This document shows positions 26,744 through 36,858 of a stretch of 60,745 nt of DNA, one piece after another. The notes under the pieces are model-generated. The model searched no databases and had not been told where the DNA came from. It saw only the letters and a program-made list of their open reading frames with translations. Made by a program: the position numbers and the translations under genes. The DNA comes from Nanobdellota archaeon (GTDB lineage: Archaea > Nanobdellota > Nanobdellia > Parvarchaeales > Parvarchaeaceae): contig JAKAPM010000004.1 of assembly GCA_021807085.1 (NCBI GenBank), positions 1 through 60,745 of the forward strand. The letters run 5' to 3'. Numbering within the stretch: position 1 is the first letter of the stretch; each line of letters begins with the position of its first letter.

Positions 26744-27844
26744 TCAGTCCAGAAAGTCCTTCTCTCTCAGTTTTTCCGGGAGGTAGTGCTCGGTCATGAA
26801 GGATAGTCCCTTGGCCGTGAACGCATCCAGTTCTACCTTCGCTCCCAGCTTCTCCATCTTTCCGAGTTCTTCCATCCAGCGCTTGCTCTTCTTGAACCAC
26901 TCGTAGTTCTTTATCTGGTTGAGGCGTGAGACGTCCACATCCTTGAATTTTATAAGGTGCCTCTTAAGATCGTATTTCTCTATGTCGTCCATAGTGAGAC
27001 CCATAAACTTGGCCTCCGGCAGAGCCAGCTTGTCTGACGCGCTTGCGAGGGTTATCGATCCGAATTTTATCGTGGAATAGATGTAGACTCCCCATATATC
27101 ACCGTCGGTCAAAATGTAAACTGGTAGGTTGTGCTCCCTGCTGAGCCGCTGCAGGAGTCTTCGTATCCCACGGGTCGCCTGCCCCTGGCTTGCGATTATT
27201 ATGCAGTTTAGCTTCTTCCAAGCCTTGTCTTCGTTCATACGGTCCCAGATAGTCTGCTTCTCCATGTATATCACGAACTTTGCGTCTATCTTTTTGAACG
27301 AGAGGTCCTCGACGTTGCTGGGTATTGCCCATCCTCCACTTCCCATCTTTGACCAGTCTATCACGTCCCCTCTGTCCTCGACTATTACGTTGCCTGCAAC
27401 CGCACCAGCCTTGTTGGCGTTTATGTGGAGCTGTTCCCTGGTCAGGTCTGTTATAAGTTCCAGGTCTTCTATGGCCTTGTTCGTCTCGCTCTGGTCGTCG
27501 ACCACGTCTATCTTAGTACCTGGTATGGTCCTTCTTATCTGATAGAAAGCGGACCTCAGGCTCGTGTGCTTGCCGCTCTCTATGAGTTCTTTGCTCAGCG
27601 CCGCCATCGCAACGGTCTGCACGAATTTCCTTACGTGCCCGACGTTTAGAAAGTAGCGCCTGGACAGCCCGCTGCCCATCGTCAGGATCCTCTTCTCCTC
27701 GCTGTATTTTACGTTCGCCAGCCCCCTTGTCGGAAGGTCGAAGTACGGGTTTTCGCCACTCGATATCTGAGCGTAAAGGTTCTTTCCGAGTCCGCTTATT
27801 ATTTCTATGCTGTTCTTGCCTTTCTGTTTCTCCGCCATGCTCAC
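26744..27844 (-). CDS. top6A: DNA topoisomerase VI subunit A (Spo11-like)
   Basis: 366 aa. It has a 5Y-CAP/Toprim architecture, with TLRSAFYQIRR and the Toprim motif LTDGDIWGVYIY. Confidence 0.9.
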   Translation of the reverse strand: MSMAEKQKGKNSIEIISGLGKNLYAQISSGENPYFDLPTRGLANVKYSEEKRILTMGSGLSRRYFLNVGHVRKFVQTVAMAALSKELIESGKHTSLRSAFYQIRRTIPGTKIDVVDDQSETNKAIEDLELITDLTREQLHINANKAGAVAGNVIVEDRGDVIDWSKMGSGGWAIPSNVEDLSFKKIDAKFVIYMEKQTIWDRMNEDKAWKKLNCIIIASQGQATRGIRRLLQRLSREHNLPVYILTDGDIWGVYIYSTIKFGSITLASASDKLALPEAKFMGLTMDDIEKYDLKRHLIKFKDVDVSRLNQIKNYEWFKKSKRWMEELGKMEKLGAKVELDAFTAKGLSFMTEHYLPEKLREKDFLD

Positions 27845-29712
27845 TGCTCTCCCTCGTCCGAATTCCCGTTGTCGGATTCCATTTTGCTCGATATAACATC
27901 GGTGGTGCTGAGGGTCTCATTTACGTGCTCCTCTACTTCTTCCCTCTTCTTGTTAAGCAGCGCCTCTATTTTTTTCTGCACGGTCTTCTCATCAGTGCCG
28001 ATCAGTTTTGACAAGGAAAAGGCGAGCTCTATACCGTACTTGTCGAAGAGATTTATCCTCTCTTCGAAAAGGTGGCTTCTGTGTTTCTTACTCAGGAACT
28101 TCGACATATCCCTCACCAGTTCCTGCAGAGCCAGTTTTATCTCCTTGGTTATTATTGGATAACTTGCAACGGCGTTCTTGCTCTCGCTTGTATACGGTAC
28201 CCACACCGATGCTATGTGCACCAGGAACACGAGCGGGCCCGTCGGCACCTTGTTCTCCACTTTCATGCCGTATCTAGAGTAATCAACGCCAAGAAAGCTC
28301 TGTGTCAGGGCACACGATGCAGAATCGAACAGGAGCGGTATCTTGTTGGCGAACCTCAGGAGCGCGGCCTTCTCGCCCTTTATTTCCCCACCGTACGCAA
28401 CCGCCGTTTCTATCTGGAAGGGCATCCCCCTGTAGACTTCAGGTTTTCTGCTTATCGCCTTTACATACTCCGGTTTGAACTCCTGCCTCATTCTTTTCTC
28501 GAGCTCTTCGACTCCTATCGGTGACAAACAGTCCGTCTGTGGGCGCATGAGATCCATGGACTGCAGGGCCTTCAGTATCGAGTTGGCCTGCGCCCTGTCT
28601 ACATCCGCCGGCTTTATCTTCGGGTCAAGGCCAACGCTCTTAACTGTGGTCTCTGCCACGGAACGGCTGACTCTCGACAACTCGTTTACTAGTACGGATA
28701 CAAGGCTCCTCTCTGTTGAATTCTTCAGTATTCGCACGAATATCCCTATCTCCAGTCCCTGAGGGTGCGGTTTTATAGCGGAAGGTTCCTTCGGAAGCTG
28801 GGTAGTAACCCTCTTGAAAGTAACCTTCTCCTCGTCCGGGCCGATATAGTATATGGTGGCGGCGGGGTTGACTATCGACGTCCTTTTTATGTACTCGTCT
28901 ATTCCTTTCGAACCGCTGACGTAAATACCCTCTATCTCCAACTCTATCTGCGTGCCGTGTTCGTAGGGAAAGTCCTCCTCTCCCTTTTCCAAGACCTCCG
29001 GCTCGTTCTTCAGTATATTTATCTGTACCCGCATCATCGTTGCTCTCTTGGCCGATGCTATCTTTGACAAGACTTTTGCAGATTTGCCAGTGGTCAGCTG
29101 GGAGTACAGCACGGCCGAGTGTATACCTATGCCTTGCTGCCCCCTGCCCTGTTTCATCGCCTGGAACTTGCTTCCGTACAACATCCTGCCGAATATGTCC
29201 GGTATTTTGGACGGCAGTATACCGGGACCGTTGTCGCGTATCCTTATCAGGAATGTTGGCGCGTTCTTCTTGAGGGTAAGCTGCGAGCCGTTGAGCATCG
29301 CGGCCAGCTTTCCGTTGTTATCTGTGAACGAGAAAGCCGCGTCGTCAAATTTGAAGGAGACTTTCCCCCCCTTCATCTGCTTGCTATCGCTCTTTCCCCT
29401 GTACATAACAGTATAATCGTTCTTCCTTACGAGCATCTGCGCGACGTTCGTCTTTCCGTCTACTATCTGGTAGTTGTCGCTCATCGGCTTGACCTCAACG
29501 GTTATCTCTGGCAGAGAAACTTCCTGCTTGCGCTTCTCCTGCATATGTCCCAGCTCTTCGCACGCGTCGAGAGAGTTATCCACTGCTTCTTTGACGCAGG
29601 TTAGGAGCGCTTTCTGCTTGTTGTCGAAACCCAACAGGTGCCTGTTCTTCTCGAAGAACTCCGTCACGCTTATCGCGCGCTGGTTCTTTGCGAGTTCTTC
29701 AGCGATTTCCAT
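27841..29712 (-). CDS. top6B: DNA topoisomerase VI subunit B (GHKL ATPase)
   Basis: 623 aa. It has the Bergerat-fold motifs VKEAVDNSLDA, DNGPGI and GQQGIG. It overlaps top6A by 4 nt. Confidence 0.9.
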   Translation of the reverse strand: MEIAEELAKNQRAISVTEFFEKNRHLLGFDNKQKALLTCVKEAVDNSLDACEELGHMQEKRKQEVSLPEITVEVKPMSDNYQIVDGKTNVAQMLVRKNDYTVMYRGKSDSKQMKGGKVSFKFDDAAFSFTDNNGKLAAMLNGSQLTLKKNAPTFLIRIRDNGPGILPSKIPDIFGRMLYGSKFQAMKQGRGQQGIGIHSAVLYSQLTTGKSAKVLSKIASAKRATMMRVQINILKNEPEVLEKGEEDFPYEHGTQIELEIEGIYVSGSKGIDEYIKRTSIVNPAATIYYIGPDEEKVTFKRVTTQLPKEPSAIKPHPQGLEIGIFVRILKNSTERSLVSVLVNELSRVSRSVAETTVKSVGLDPKIKPADVDRAQANSILKALQSMDLMRPQTDCLSPIGVEELEKRMRQEFKPEYVKAISRKPEVYRGMPFQIETAVAYGGEIKGEKAALLRFANKIPLLFDSASCALTQSFLGVDYSRYGMKVENKVPTGPLVFLVHIASVWVPYTSESKNAVASYPIITKEIKLALQELVRDMSKFLSKKHRSHLFEERINLFDKYGIELAFSLSKLIGTDEKTVQKKIEALLNKKREEVEEHVNETLSTTDVISSKMESDNGNSDEGEQ

Positions 29713-30214
29713 TCCTGTATACCTCTACTTTCTTCTTGTTTATCATCGAAAACACATTATCATGTTTCGCGCCATTTAAAATCATTTCTATGGCGGCCTC
29801 TGCCAGCGGTATGTTGTCCACGGGACCGAGTATACTTACGTTCTTGCCGTACACCTTTATATAACAGCCAGTCTCTCTCATGAGCTTCTCCTTTATCATG
29901 CCGCGGCTGCCTATTACTCTGCCCTTAAGCTGTTCCTGCCTCTTCTTCGAAGACGTGTAGTCTCTCAGGCTTATAACGGACAGATCGTAGTCGTCTTTCA
30001 GGAGAAGTATGGCTTGGGCGTATTCGAAGCCCCTGTTGAAGGCGGTTATAACGCTTTTTGCCAGCACGAGACTGAAAGCGTCATCGGAACTCAAGGATAC
30101 CTGGTTGTCGCCGATATCTACAGTAACCCCCGTCCCAGAAATCTTATCCAGCATCTTCCTGTTCCTTGACAGCTCTTTCGCCCTCGACGCTGTTATCGTA
30201 ATCTGCTCTTCCAT
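29699..30214 (-). CDS. KH-domain RNA-binding protein (Dim2/Pno1-like)
   Basis: 171 aa with two KH-like units and RVIGSRGMIKEKL (GxxG). Confidence 0.7.
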   Translation of the reverse strand: MEEQITITASRAKELSRNRKMLDKISGTGVTVDIGDNQVSLSSDDAFSLVLAKSVITAFNRGFEYAQAILLLKDDYDLSVISLRDYTSSKKRQEQLKGRVIGSRGMIKEKLMRETGCYIKVYGKNVSILGPVDNIPLAEAAIEMILNGAKHDNVFSMINKKKVEVYRNGNR

Positions 30215-31786
30215 TCAAACCTGCTTTGCCATATACCCCTTTTCAAGGCTGTAGCCGAACTTTCTGTAGTACTCCCTTACTCCTACGCCGGATATAACCT
30301 TGACTTTTGTCAGGGAGTATTCGTGCCTTGCGATCCTTTCTGCTTCGGCTAGAAGCTCCCTGCCAAGACCTTTGTGCTGCTGCGCTGTCTTATCGGTATT
30401 TCCTATATTTATAGCCTCACCATATATATGAAGTTCCCGCACCAGGCCTTCTTTCCCTCCATCGGGTATTCTGAGCCTTATGAAACCAAGAAGCGCGTCG
30501 TTCGCGCTGTCCTCGAATGATAGGAAGCTTACGTCCCCGCTGACGGAACGGTAATCTTCCCGCATCATGCCGACGTCGCGCATTTTCATCGATGTGACGT
30601 GCCCGACCTCCCGACTGCGTATGTCAGCGGCCTTTCTTCCAGTCCTGTCCAACCTTTCCTGGACCAGCTGCCGAAGATTGGTAACTTTCACGCCGTCCTC
30701 TATCAGATTGGAGGGGATATCCCTCTCTACCCTCATTATCCTGAGCCACCTCGGCGCGTTAGCCTCTGCCTCGGCTATTATGTCCACTACGTCATCAATT
30801 GGATACACTGTGTGTTCTCCGCGTTTCCACAGCGAATACAACCCGGTTCCTTTTATTACGAGGGTAGGATATATCTTTATTGCGTCGGGCCTGAACTCAT
30901 CGCTGTGGTATATGTTACGTATTGTCTCCCTATCCCTGTCAACATCAGACCCAGGTAGGTTCAACATCACATGATAATCTACCTTGTATGCGTTGTCCTT
31001 CAGTCTTCTGGTGGTGTCCACGACGTCCTTTATTGTGTGTCCTCTGTTATTTCTCAGGAGTACATCATCGAATGTGCTCTGGACACCCATTTCGACGCGC
31101 GTAGCGCCTATCTCCATAAGTTGCCTTACATCCTCTTCTCCGCAGCGCTCTGGCTTCGTCTCAACCGCCAGCGCAACGCACCTTACGGCGGCGGTCTCGT
31201 TAACGGCTTTTTGCACTTCTAGGTCTCCTATGGTCTTCATCCCGTAGAACTCATTCATTGCCCTGTAAACTTCGGATGCAAACGAATAACGGTAATCCTT
31301 AGGCAGAGTAGTAAAGGTGCCGCCTATGAATATGACCTCTAGTTTCTGCGGCCTGTAACCCATGAACAAGTAGTGATCCAGTCTGGCCACGGTCTGCCTG
31401 TACGGATCGTACGCATTCGCGGCGGCCCTCCTCGCCGCCGGCTCGAAACCTGTATAGCTCTGCGGCGTACCGAAGCTAGTCCCGCCGGGGCAGAACAGGC
31501 AAATTCCGTGCGGACAGTTGTACGGCTTTGTCATCAGCGCTACCACGTTGACTCCGGAAAGAACCCTAACCGGTTTTGACCTGAATATCCTGTAAAATTT
31601 TTCCCTGTCTGGTCCGTCCAGCATGGCGAGCGCCTCACCGTTCTTTGGTATGTCATCCATTCCGAGGCGCTGGCACAGTTTCCTCTTCACTTGCGCTAGA
31701 TCCTTCGCATCCTTCACCGAACCGCTGTGCAGCAGCCTCAAGAGACTTTCTGCGAAATCTGCGGACGCAGTTTCTGTCGTTTCCAT
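30215..31786 (-). CDS. elp3: Elp3-type radical SAM / GNAT tRNA-modifying acetyltransferase
   Basis: 523 aa. It has the radical SAM cluster CPHGICLFCPGG and a C-terminal GNAT with QHKGLGRELLAEAE. Confidence 0.88.
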   Translation of the reverse strand: METTETASADFAESLLRLLHSGSVKDAKDLAQVKRKLCQRLGMDDIPKNGEALAMLDGPDREKFYRIFRSKPVRVLSGVNVVALMTKPYNCPHGICLFCPGGTSFGTPQSYTGFEPAARRAAANAYDPYRQTVARLDHYLFMGYRPQKLEVIFIGGTFTTLPKDYRYSFASEVYRAMNEFYGMKTIGDLEVQKAVNETAAVRCVALAVETKPERCGEEDVRQLMEIGATRVEMGVQSTFDDVLLRNNRGHTIKDVVDTTRRLKDNAYKVDYHVMLNLPGSDVDRDRETIRNIYHSDEFRPDAIKIYPTLVIKGTGLYSLWKRGEHTVYPIDDVVDIIAEAEANAPRWLRIMRVERDIPSNLIEDGVKVTNLRQLVQERLDRTGRKAADIRSREVGHVTSMKMRDVGMMREDYRSVSGDVSFLSFEDSANDALLGFIRLRIPDGGKEGLVRELHIYGEAINIGNTDKTAQQHKGLGRELLAEAERIARHEYSLTKVKVISGVGVREYYRKFGYSLEKGYMAKQV

Positions 31787-31843
31787 CCTACTTAAATTTA
31801 AGTCCAGCTATATTGTTAAATATTTAGCGTTTGTATACAGTCT

Positions 31844-34800
31844 ATGAACGGAAGAGGACAACTCATCACCATGTTTTTCTTAGTAATGCTTGTTATAACC
31901 ATACTCGTAGTAATGAACGTGGAATACCTAAACCTAAGCAGCAACAAGAACTCGGCGTTCCTAACGACCTCGTTCACTGTTCTGAGGAACGGATATTCTA
32001 GCATAATCGCCATAGAGAGCACGCTAGGGTCGCTGAACCTGAATTCTTCAGACGCTGCGCTGTTAAATTCTAGCATACTCGGTGCAATAAAACACTATCT
32101 TGTAAACTACAATACGAGCTATCCTTCGTTTTCCAACAGGCTAAACACTATCAACAAAACGATAGGCGCCAGTGAGGAATTCCAACTGACGATAATGAAT
32201 AACCAGTCTATAGCAACGCCGAATCCCTACCAACAGGAGGTGGTTTTAAACGGCCAATTCACGGTCTACGAAGCCAGCAATTTTCAGAACGTGGAGTTTC
32301 TATACACGAACGGCACTGTGATACCGTCCTGGCTGGAGATATACAACGCCAGCGACGGCTTCGCGATTTATTGGCTCAAGATGGAGGGGATAGCCGCTTA
32401 CTCGCCGGTTACGATAGATATAAAATTTGAACCGGCGAGCTTAAACCTGTTCAACGGTGTCACCGTAGGCGAAGCTCCGCAGTTGTCGCCCACTTATGGA
32501 CAATATGATAATGGAGCAGATGTTTTTAATTTCTACGATAACTTCGTCGGGACCAGTCTGAATACCAGCAAGTGGAGCGTCGGTTCGATAACTAAATATT
32601 CCGTAGACAACGGACTCGTCCTAAATCCTGCTACAGCTCAATCCACCCCGGGCGGTTACATACAGTCTATATCCACCTTCTCGCCTCCCGCTATCTTTGA
32701 TATGTATGGTGAACCGATGGAATCCAATGTCAACAGCTACAGCGCGGCAGCGATAGGTTTCAATCCTACAGGAATCGGTGGCAATGGCCCATCAGGTCAG
32801 ACTAGGTGCGCGGCGGCTATAGGTGACGCTTCCAACACTGAGGACCTATATATGATTGTCGACAATTGCGCTGGGATTAATTATGCGACCGCCACAGGGT
32901 ATTCCAGGACTGTCGCCGTGTGGACTGTGGGATATACTTCGAACACTGCGTGGGCGATGAAGAATTACGGTACACGGTATTACCAGACTAGCGGCTTAAG
33001 CAGCACACCTCTCGTGGTAGGCTTCTCTGGCCAGCAAAACGCTCTTGGTCCTGCGACGGTAACCTGGGTACGTGTCCGTGCCTATCCTCCGAACGGCGTG
33101 ATGCCGAGCGTCCAGATTCATACATTGCCGCTGCCGCCGTCAAACAAACCGTTGTATATAGGATATTACGCGCCTATAACCATTACAAACTATCAATCTA
33201 CTTCAACACCAGCACCTTTCCAGCAGACAGTTACGGTGGATTCGGCCAACTATGCCAACATAGAGGCGTCTAACCTCCAGAACGTGGAATTCTTCTATTC
33301 CAACGGCACTGTTATACCATCGTGGCTGGAGTCCGGAACATCCTCTTCAAATGCAATTTATTGGCTAAGATTAGGTAGAAGTATACCTGCAAATACAACC
33401 ATAACAGTGTATATTGGCTTCGCCGACCCCTCTGTAAACTTATTCAACGGAATAAACGTAGGGGAAGCGCCACAGCTGTCGCCAACCTACGGACAGTACG
33501 ACGATGGAAGCAGGGTATTCACGTTTTACGACAATTTTGAGGGATCGTCACTCGGTTCGGAATGGAATGGGATAGCCAACCAAGGAAACCCTGCTTGCAA
33601 CGATGGAAATACTTATCCTCTCTCGACAGCGCTTACGATAAACGATGGTCTTACTCTAACAACAAATTCTACCATGTCGGATGCTGGTATAACTCTCAAT
33701 AGCGGCTTCACACCCCCTGTTATAACGGAGGCTGATATACTGTATGCGAACGGTCCTGACGGCCCATCCGGTATAGGCCTATCGACAGGCAACGCAATGA
33801 ACGCCGGCCAGTATGCATATTCATTCGGAGTCGTTCCAGGGACAGGCTGGCTGTACAATTTCGGGGTGGGAAGTATTACTGGAGGTTACAGCGGTTACAA
33901 TTACGGGCCACAGAAGTTGGTCAGCGGCATAGCCGGTATAACCTGGCTTTCAAACTCATCACAGATACTGTATTATAACTACACGAGCGTGCCAGCAAGC
34001 CAGACAAACTATGCACTGCCTTCAGAGGTATATCCCAGCTTGATGTTGGGAGAATGTGACCCGTCCGCGACACTAAGGGTGCAATGGACTAGGGTAAGGG
34101 CATATCCTCCAAACGGCGTGATGCCTTCCACAAATATAGGACCTGTCTCTGGCGAATCGTTTTCTGGGAGTTATGGATACCAGTATTCGGTAGCTAACTT
34201 TACAAACTCAAGCGAAATTGCAGTACCCGGCACTACCAGTACGGCTAAGATATGGAATGGCGGTAATAGTTACACTATCAGCGTATGGGTGAACTTACAG
34301 CACTCGTATGGAGGTGACGGTGGTTATCCGGGCGCTGATTTGCTTCAAGATAATCAAGGATGTACTTCAGGATTGCAGCAAGGTCCCGTCAATTCTAGTG
34401 GCTATTTCATAAACTTAATACAATGGAACCAATCGTGTGGTACGGGTGCGTCAGCTAGATCAACGGCAGATATTTACGTCCCGTACAACAAATGGGTACT
34501 TGTTACAGGTATATTCAAATACAATTCGCCCGGAAATGCATGGATAGCCTCATGTGCAGATTTGACGTGCAGTAATTCTACCTGGACACTCAGCCCGCCC
34601 GCATTATATTCTACTCCTGCAACCGACCTCGGGGCTGGCCAAATAAACGGACAGGCAGCAGGTGTGCAAATGTATGATACAGCATTATCGCCGGCAGAAA
34701 TTAATTCTCTTTACAACGATGGAATTGGTGGTAGTCCGGTCGACTTCCAAAACCTAATAGCATGGCTTCCACTGGATGGCAATACTTATGACTACAGCGG

Positions 34801-34855
34801 TAATGGAAACACAGGTACGACTCTTTCCGTAACTTTTCAGTCGATTAGTCCTTGA
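31844..34855 (+). CDS. Large surface protein with 2x (DUF2341-like + lectin-like domain) and a C-terminal LamG-like domain
   Basis: 1003 aa. The N-terminus MNGRGQ/LITMFFLVMLVITILVV is a possible class III signal or anchor. The duplicated unit is ...NVEF(L/F)Y(T/S)NGTVIPSWLE...IYWL...GEAPQLSPTYGQYD(N/D)G..., and each copy ends in VRAYPPNGVMPS. The C-terminus carries a LamG-like region (ISVWVNL...MYDTALSPAEINSLYNDG). Confidence 0.75.
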   Translation: MNGRGQLITMFFLVMLVITILVVMNVEYLNLSSNKNSAFLTTSFTVLRNGYSSIIAIESTLGSLNLNSSDAALLNSSILGAIKHYLVNYNTSYPSFSNRLNTINKTIGASEEFQLTIMNNQSIATPNPYQQEVVLNGQFTVYEASNFQNVEFLYTNGTVIPSWLEIYNASDGFAIYWLKMEGIAAYSPVTIDIKFEPASLNLFNGVTVGEAPQLSPTYGQYDNGADVFNFYDNFVGTSLNTSKWSVGSITKYSVDNGLVLNPATAQSTPGGYIQSISTFSPPAIFDMYGEPMESNVNSYSAAAIGFNPTGIGGNGPSGQTRCAAAIGDASNTEDLYMIVDNCAGINYATATGYSRTVAVWTVGYTSNTAWAMKNYGTRYYQTSGLSSTPLVVGFSGQQNALGPATVTWVRVRAYPPNGVMPSVQIHTLPLPPSNKPLYIGYYAPITITNYQSTSTPAPFQQTVTVDSANYANIEASNLQNVEFFYSNGTVIPSWLESGTSSSNAIYWLRLGRSIPANTTITVYIGFADPSVNLFNGINVGEAPQLSPTYGQYDDGSRVFTFYDNFEGSSLGSEWNGIANQGNPACNDGNTYPLSTALTINDGLTLTTNSTMSDAGITLNSGFTPPVITEADILYANGPDGPSGIGLSTGNAMNAGQYAYSFGVVPGTGWLYNFGVGSITGGYSGYNYGPQKLVSGIAGITWLSNSSQILYYNYTSVPASQTNYALPSEVYPSLMLGECDPSATLRVQWTRVRAYPPNGVMPSTNIGPVSGESFSGSYGYQYSVANFTNSSEIAVPGTTSTAKIWNGGNSYTISVWVNLQHSYGGDGGYPGADLLQDNQGCTSGLQQGPVNSSGYFINLIQWNQSCGTGASARSTADIYVPYNKWVLVTGIFKYNSPGNAWIASCADLTCSNSTWTLSPPALYSTPATDLGAGQINGQAAGVQMYDTALSPAEINSLYNDGIGGSPVDFQNLIAWLPLDGNTYDYSGNGNTGTTLSVTFQSISP

Positions 34856-35987
34856 GTAAAAACTCTGCTGTACGCTTCCGATTAAAAGGTACAAGATCGG
34901 GATAATCCTGGCCCGTGCCCAGGAACATTATCGGTTTCTTGGTTATGTACGAGATAGACAGCACCGCCCCGCCTTTTTTGTCCACATCGGCTTTCGATAT
35001 AACGCTTGCGTCTATACCTACTTCCCTGTCGAAGATCTCCGCCTGCTTGACTACGTCGTTTCCGGTAAGAGCGTCACCTACAAAAACAGTAAGGTTGGGT
35101 TTGCTGACTTTCTTCACTTTCTTCAGCTCCTCTATTAAGTTCTTGTTGATATCGCTTCTTCCCGCGGTGTCTATCAGCACAATGTCGGCTCCGACGGTCC
35201 CTGCGTGTTTTATCGCATCGAAAGCCACGGCAGCTGGGTCAGCACCGTAAGAATGCTTAACAAGATCTACGCCGAGTTTGTCCATGTGTATCTGCAATTG
35301 CTCTATAGATGCAGCCCTGAAGGTGTCACTCGCCGATGCAACTACTTTTAGGTTCTTTCCAATGAAGAACTGCGACATTTTCGCCAGAGTAGTCGTCTTG
35401 CCTGCGCCGTTAACGCCTATCAGCAGAATTACGAACGGTTTTGTCGACTTTATCCTATCTAGCATCGCATCGATTGGATACTCTATGAGTATGTCACTTA
35501 TACTCTCCTTAATAGATGATTCGACCTCTTTCTTGATGGAAAGCATAGAAACGGTTTTCCCAAGCAAGTTCTTCTCAAGATCCGCGTGTATTGATCCCAA
35601 CACGGATAAAGCAACGTTGTTCTCCAAGAGATCCGACTTTATTTCCTGATAGATTCCCTCTATATCGCCCTCGTTTATCCTATGCGACAAGAGTCTACTT
35701 GATTGTTTCTTCCCTGGTTTTTTCTCAGTTGCGGTTTCACGCTCTTCGGTCGCTACAATCTTTTCTACTCTCGGTTCAGCTATATGTACGGCAGCGGGCT
35801 CGTTCCTGTTAGCGATTTTTTGGGGTAGTGTTTCCTCGCGCGTATTCTGCTGTTCTTCTGTTCCGACAGATGGCTCTTCTGCGACTACAGGCTTTTCCTG
35901 TTTTGGTTGAGCTGTCTCTTCCTTTTCTAATTTCTTCTGTATCCTATTTACAGACTCCTTTATCTTTTTCTTCAGAAAATCGAACAT
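34845..35987 (-). CDS. ftsY: Signal recognition particle receptor FtsY
   Basis: GVNGAGKTTT, DTFRAA, DTAGR and the NG-domain layout, with a charged N-terminal region. Confidence 0.9.
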   Translation of the reverse strand: MFDFLKKKIKESVNRIQKKLEKEETAQPKQEKPVVAEEPSVGTEEQQNTREETLPQKIANRNEPAAVHIAEPRVEKIVATEERETATEKKPGKKQSSRLLSHRINEGDIEGIYQEIKSDLLENNVALSVLGSIHADLEKNLLGKTVSMLSIKKEVESSIKESISDILIEYPIDAMLDRIKSTKPFVILLIGVNGAGKTTTLAKMSQFFIGKNLKVVASASDTFRAASIEQLQIHMDKLGVDLVKHSYGADPAAVAFDAIKHAGTVGADIVLIDTAGRSDINKNLIEELKKVKKVSKPNLTVFVGDALTGNDVVKQAEIFDREVGIDASVISKADVDKKGGAVLSISYITKKPIMFLGTGQDYPDLVPFNRKRTAEFLLKD

Positions 35988-35989
35988 AC

Positions 35990-36421
35990 TCAGCTTTTTT
36001 GGAGGCTGGTCCTGTACTCCTCGTACATCCTGTTTGCTTCCTGCTCGAGCCTGGAACCTTCCTGCTGCAGGCTCTGAACCATCTGCGCGAGCTTGTTTAT
36101 GTTGTCGCCTACTTCCTTTAGGTCGGCCTCGAGCTTATCGCGTATCTTGTCTTTGGTCAGGCTCTTGAATATGTTGCTGCCAATGTTGACGAGTCCCTTG
36201 TCGGTATCCTCTATCCTGCCCTTGAAGAGGATGTCCTGGCTGTATGGTATGAACGCTTCCGCCCCGTTCTTCAGGCTGGTTAAACCTTCAAGTGACTTGT
36301 TGATGGATTCCTGCGTGAGCTGCAGGCTGTTGATTGCAGTGAGATACTCCTCCAGCTCTCTCCTGACGTACTCTATCTCCAAAAGGCGCTGGCTCAGGGC
36401 GTCCTCATTTGCTGCTGCCAT
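35990..36421 (-). CDS. pfdA: Prefoldin alpha subunit
   Basis: 143 aa: coiled coil, then two beta-hairpins (IPYSQDILFKGRIEDTDKGLVNIGSNIF), then coiled coil. It is in the conserved position upstream of ftsY. Confidence 0.7.
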   Translation of the reverse strand: MAAANEDALSQRLLEIEYVRRELEEYLTAINSLQLTQESINKSLEGLTSLKNGAEAFIPYSQDILFKGRIEDTDKGLVNIGSNIFKSLTKDKIRDKLEADLKEVGDNINKLAQMVQSLQQEGSRLEQEANRMYEEYRTSLQKS

Positions 36422-36701
36422 CCTTAGCTGTGCCGGTCTCGGCCGCCGCTTTTACTAGGCTAACCGTGACCACTTTCTTATCGTCCCTGGAGCACAGAAC
36501 CCTCATCCTGACCGGTGGGTTCTTCACTCCGCTCCTGAACACTTCGTCGTTGACGGAAACGTCTATCTTGACCTTGTCAGCCTTCATGTGCCGCTTGACG
36601 AACGACCCTATGAACTTTACGGCCGCTGCCGCCCTGCGGTAGACTGGCACCGCCTCCATCGCTTTCCTAAGGTGTATTGTCATTATTCTCTGTTCTGCCA
36701 T
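36405..36701 (-). CDS. rpl31e: Ribosomal protein L31e
   Basis: MAEQRIMTIHLRKA...VKIDVSVNDEVFRSGVKNPPVRMRV. The ATG at 36701 is preferred over the tracked TTG at 36707. Confidence 0.8.
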   Translation of the reverse strand: MAEQRIMTIHLRKAMEAVPVYRRAAAAVKFIGSFVKRHMKADKVKIDVSVNDEVFRSGVKNPPVRMRVLCSRDDKKVVTVSLVKAAAETGTAKDGSSK

Positions 36702-36703
36702 AA

Positions 36704-36850
36704 TCAATTACCCACATTCTTGTTCATCCTGGACCTATCTATTCTCCTGGTCCCGAATTTTCTCAGCTGCGCGAACACGGGCGGCCTGCTGACCTTCCTT
36801 GCGTGCTTTATCATCGCCCTCTTCTTGACTGCAGATTTGTTCCTTGACAT
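36704..36850 (-). CDS. rpl39e: Ribosomal protein L39e, below the ORF-track cutoff
   Basis: Hand translation gives MSRNKSAVKKRAMIKHARKVSRPPVFAQLRKFGTRRIDRSRMNKNVGN*. It is basic, 48 aa, and in the conserved position between the PDCD5-like gene and rpl31e. Confidence 0.6.
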   Translation of the reverse strand: MSRNKSAVKKRAMIKHARKVSRPPVFAQLRKFGTRRIDRSRMNKNVGN

Positions 36851-36858
36851 GCGACCAC

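Noticed and set aside
26700-26900. N-terminal extension of the PolB ORF (MVQEEQALDGRTRK...)
   Set aside because: It overlaps the top6A 3' end. A typical family-B N-terminus begins at the ATG at 26699.
22180-31786. Tightly packed co-directional block DUF357-FEN1-MetAP-PolB-TopoVI A/B-KH-Elp3, considered as a possible novel replication module
   Set aside because: Every member is a standard archaeal housekeeping gene with intact motifs. The overlaps reflect genome compaction, and nothing is unexplained.
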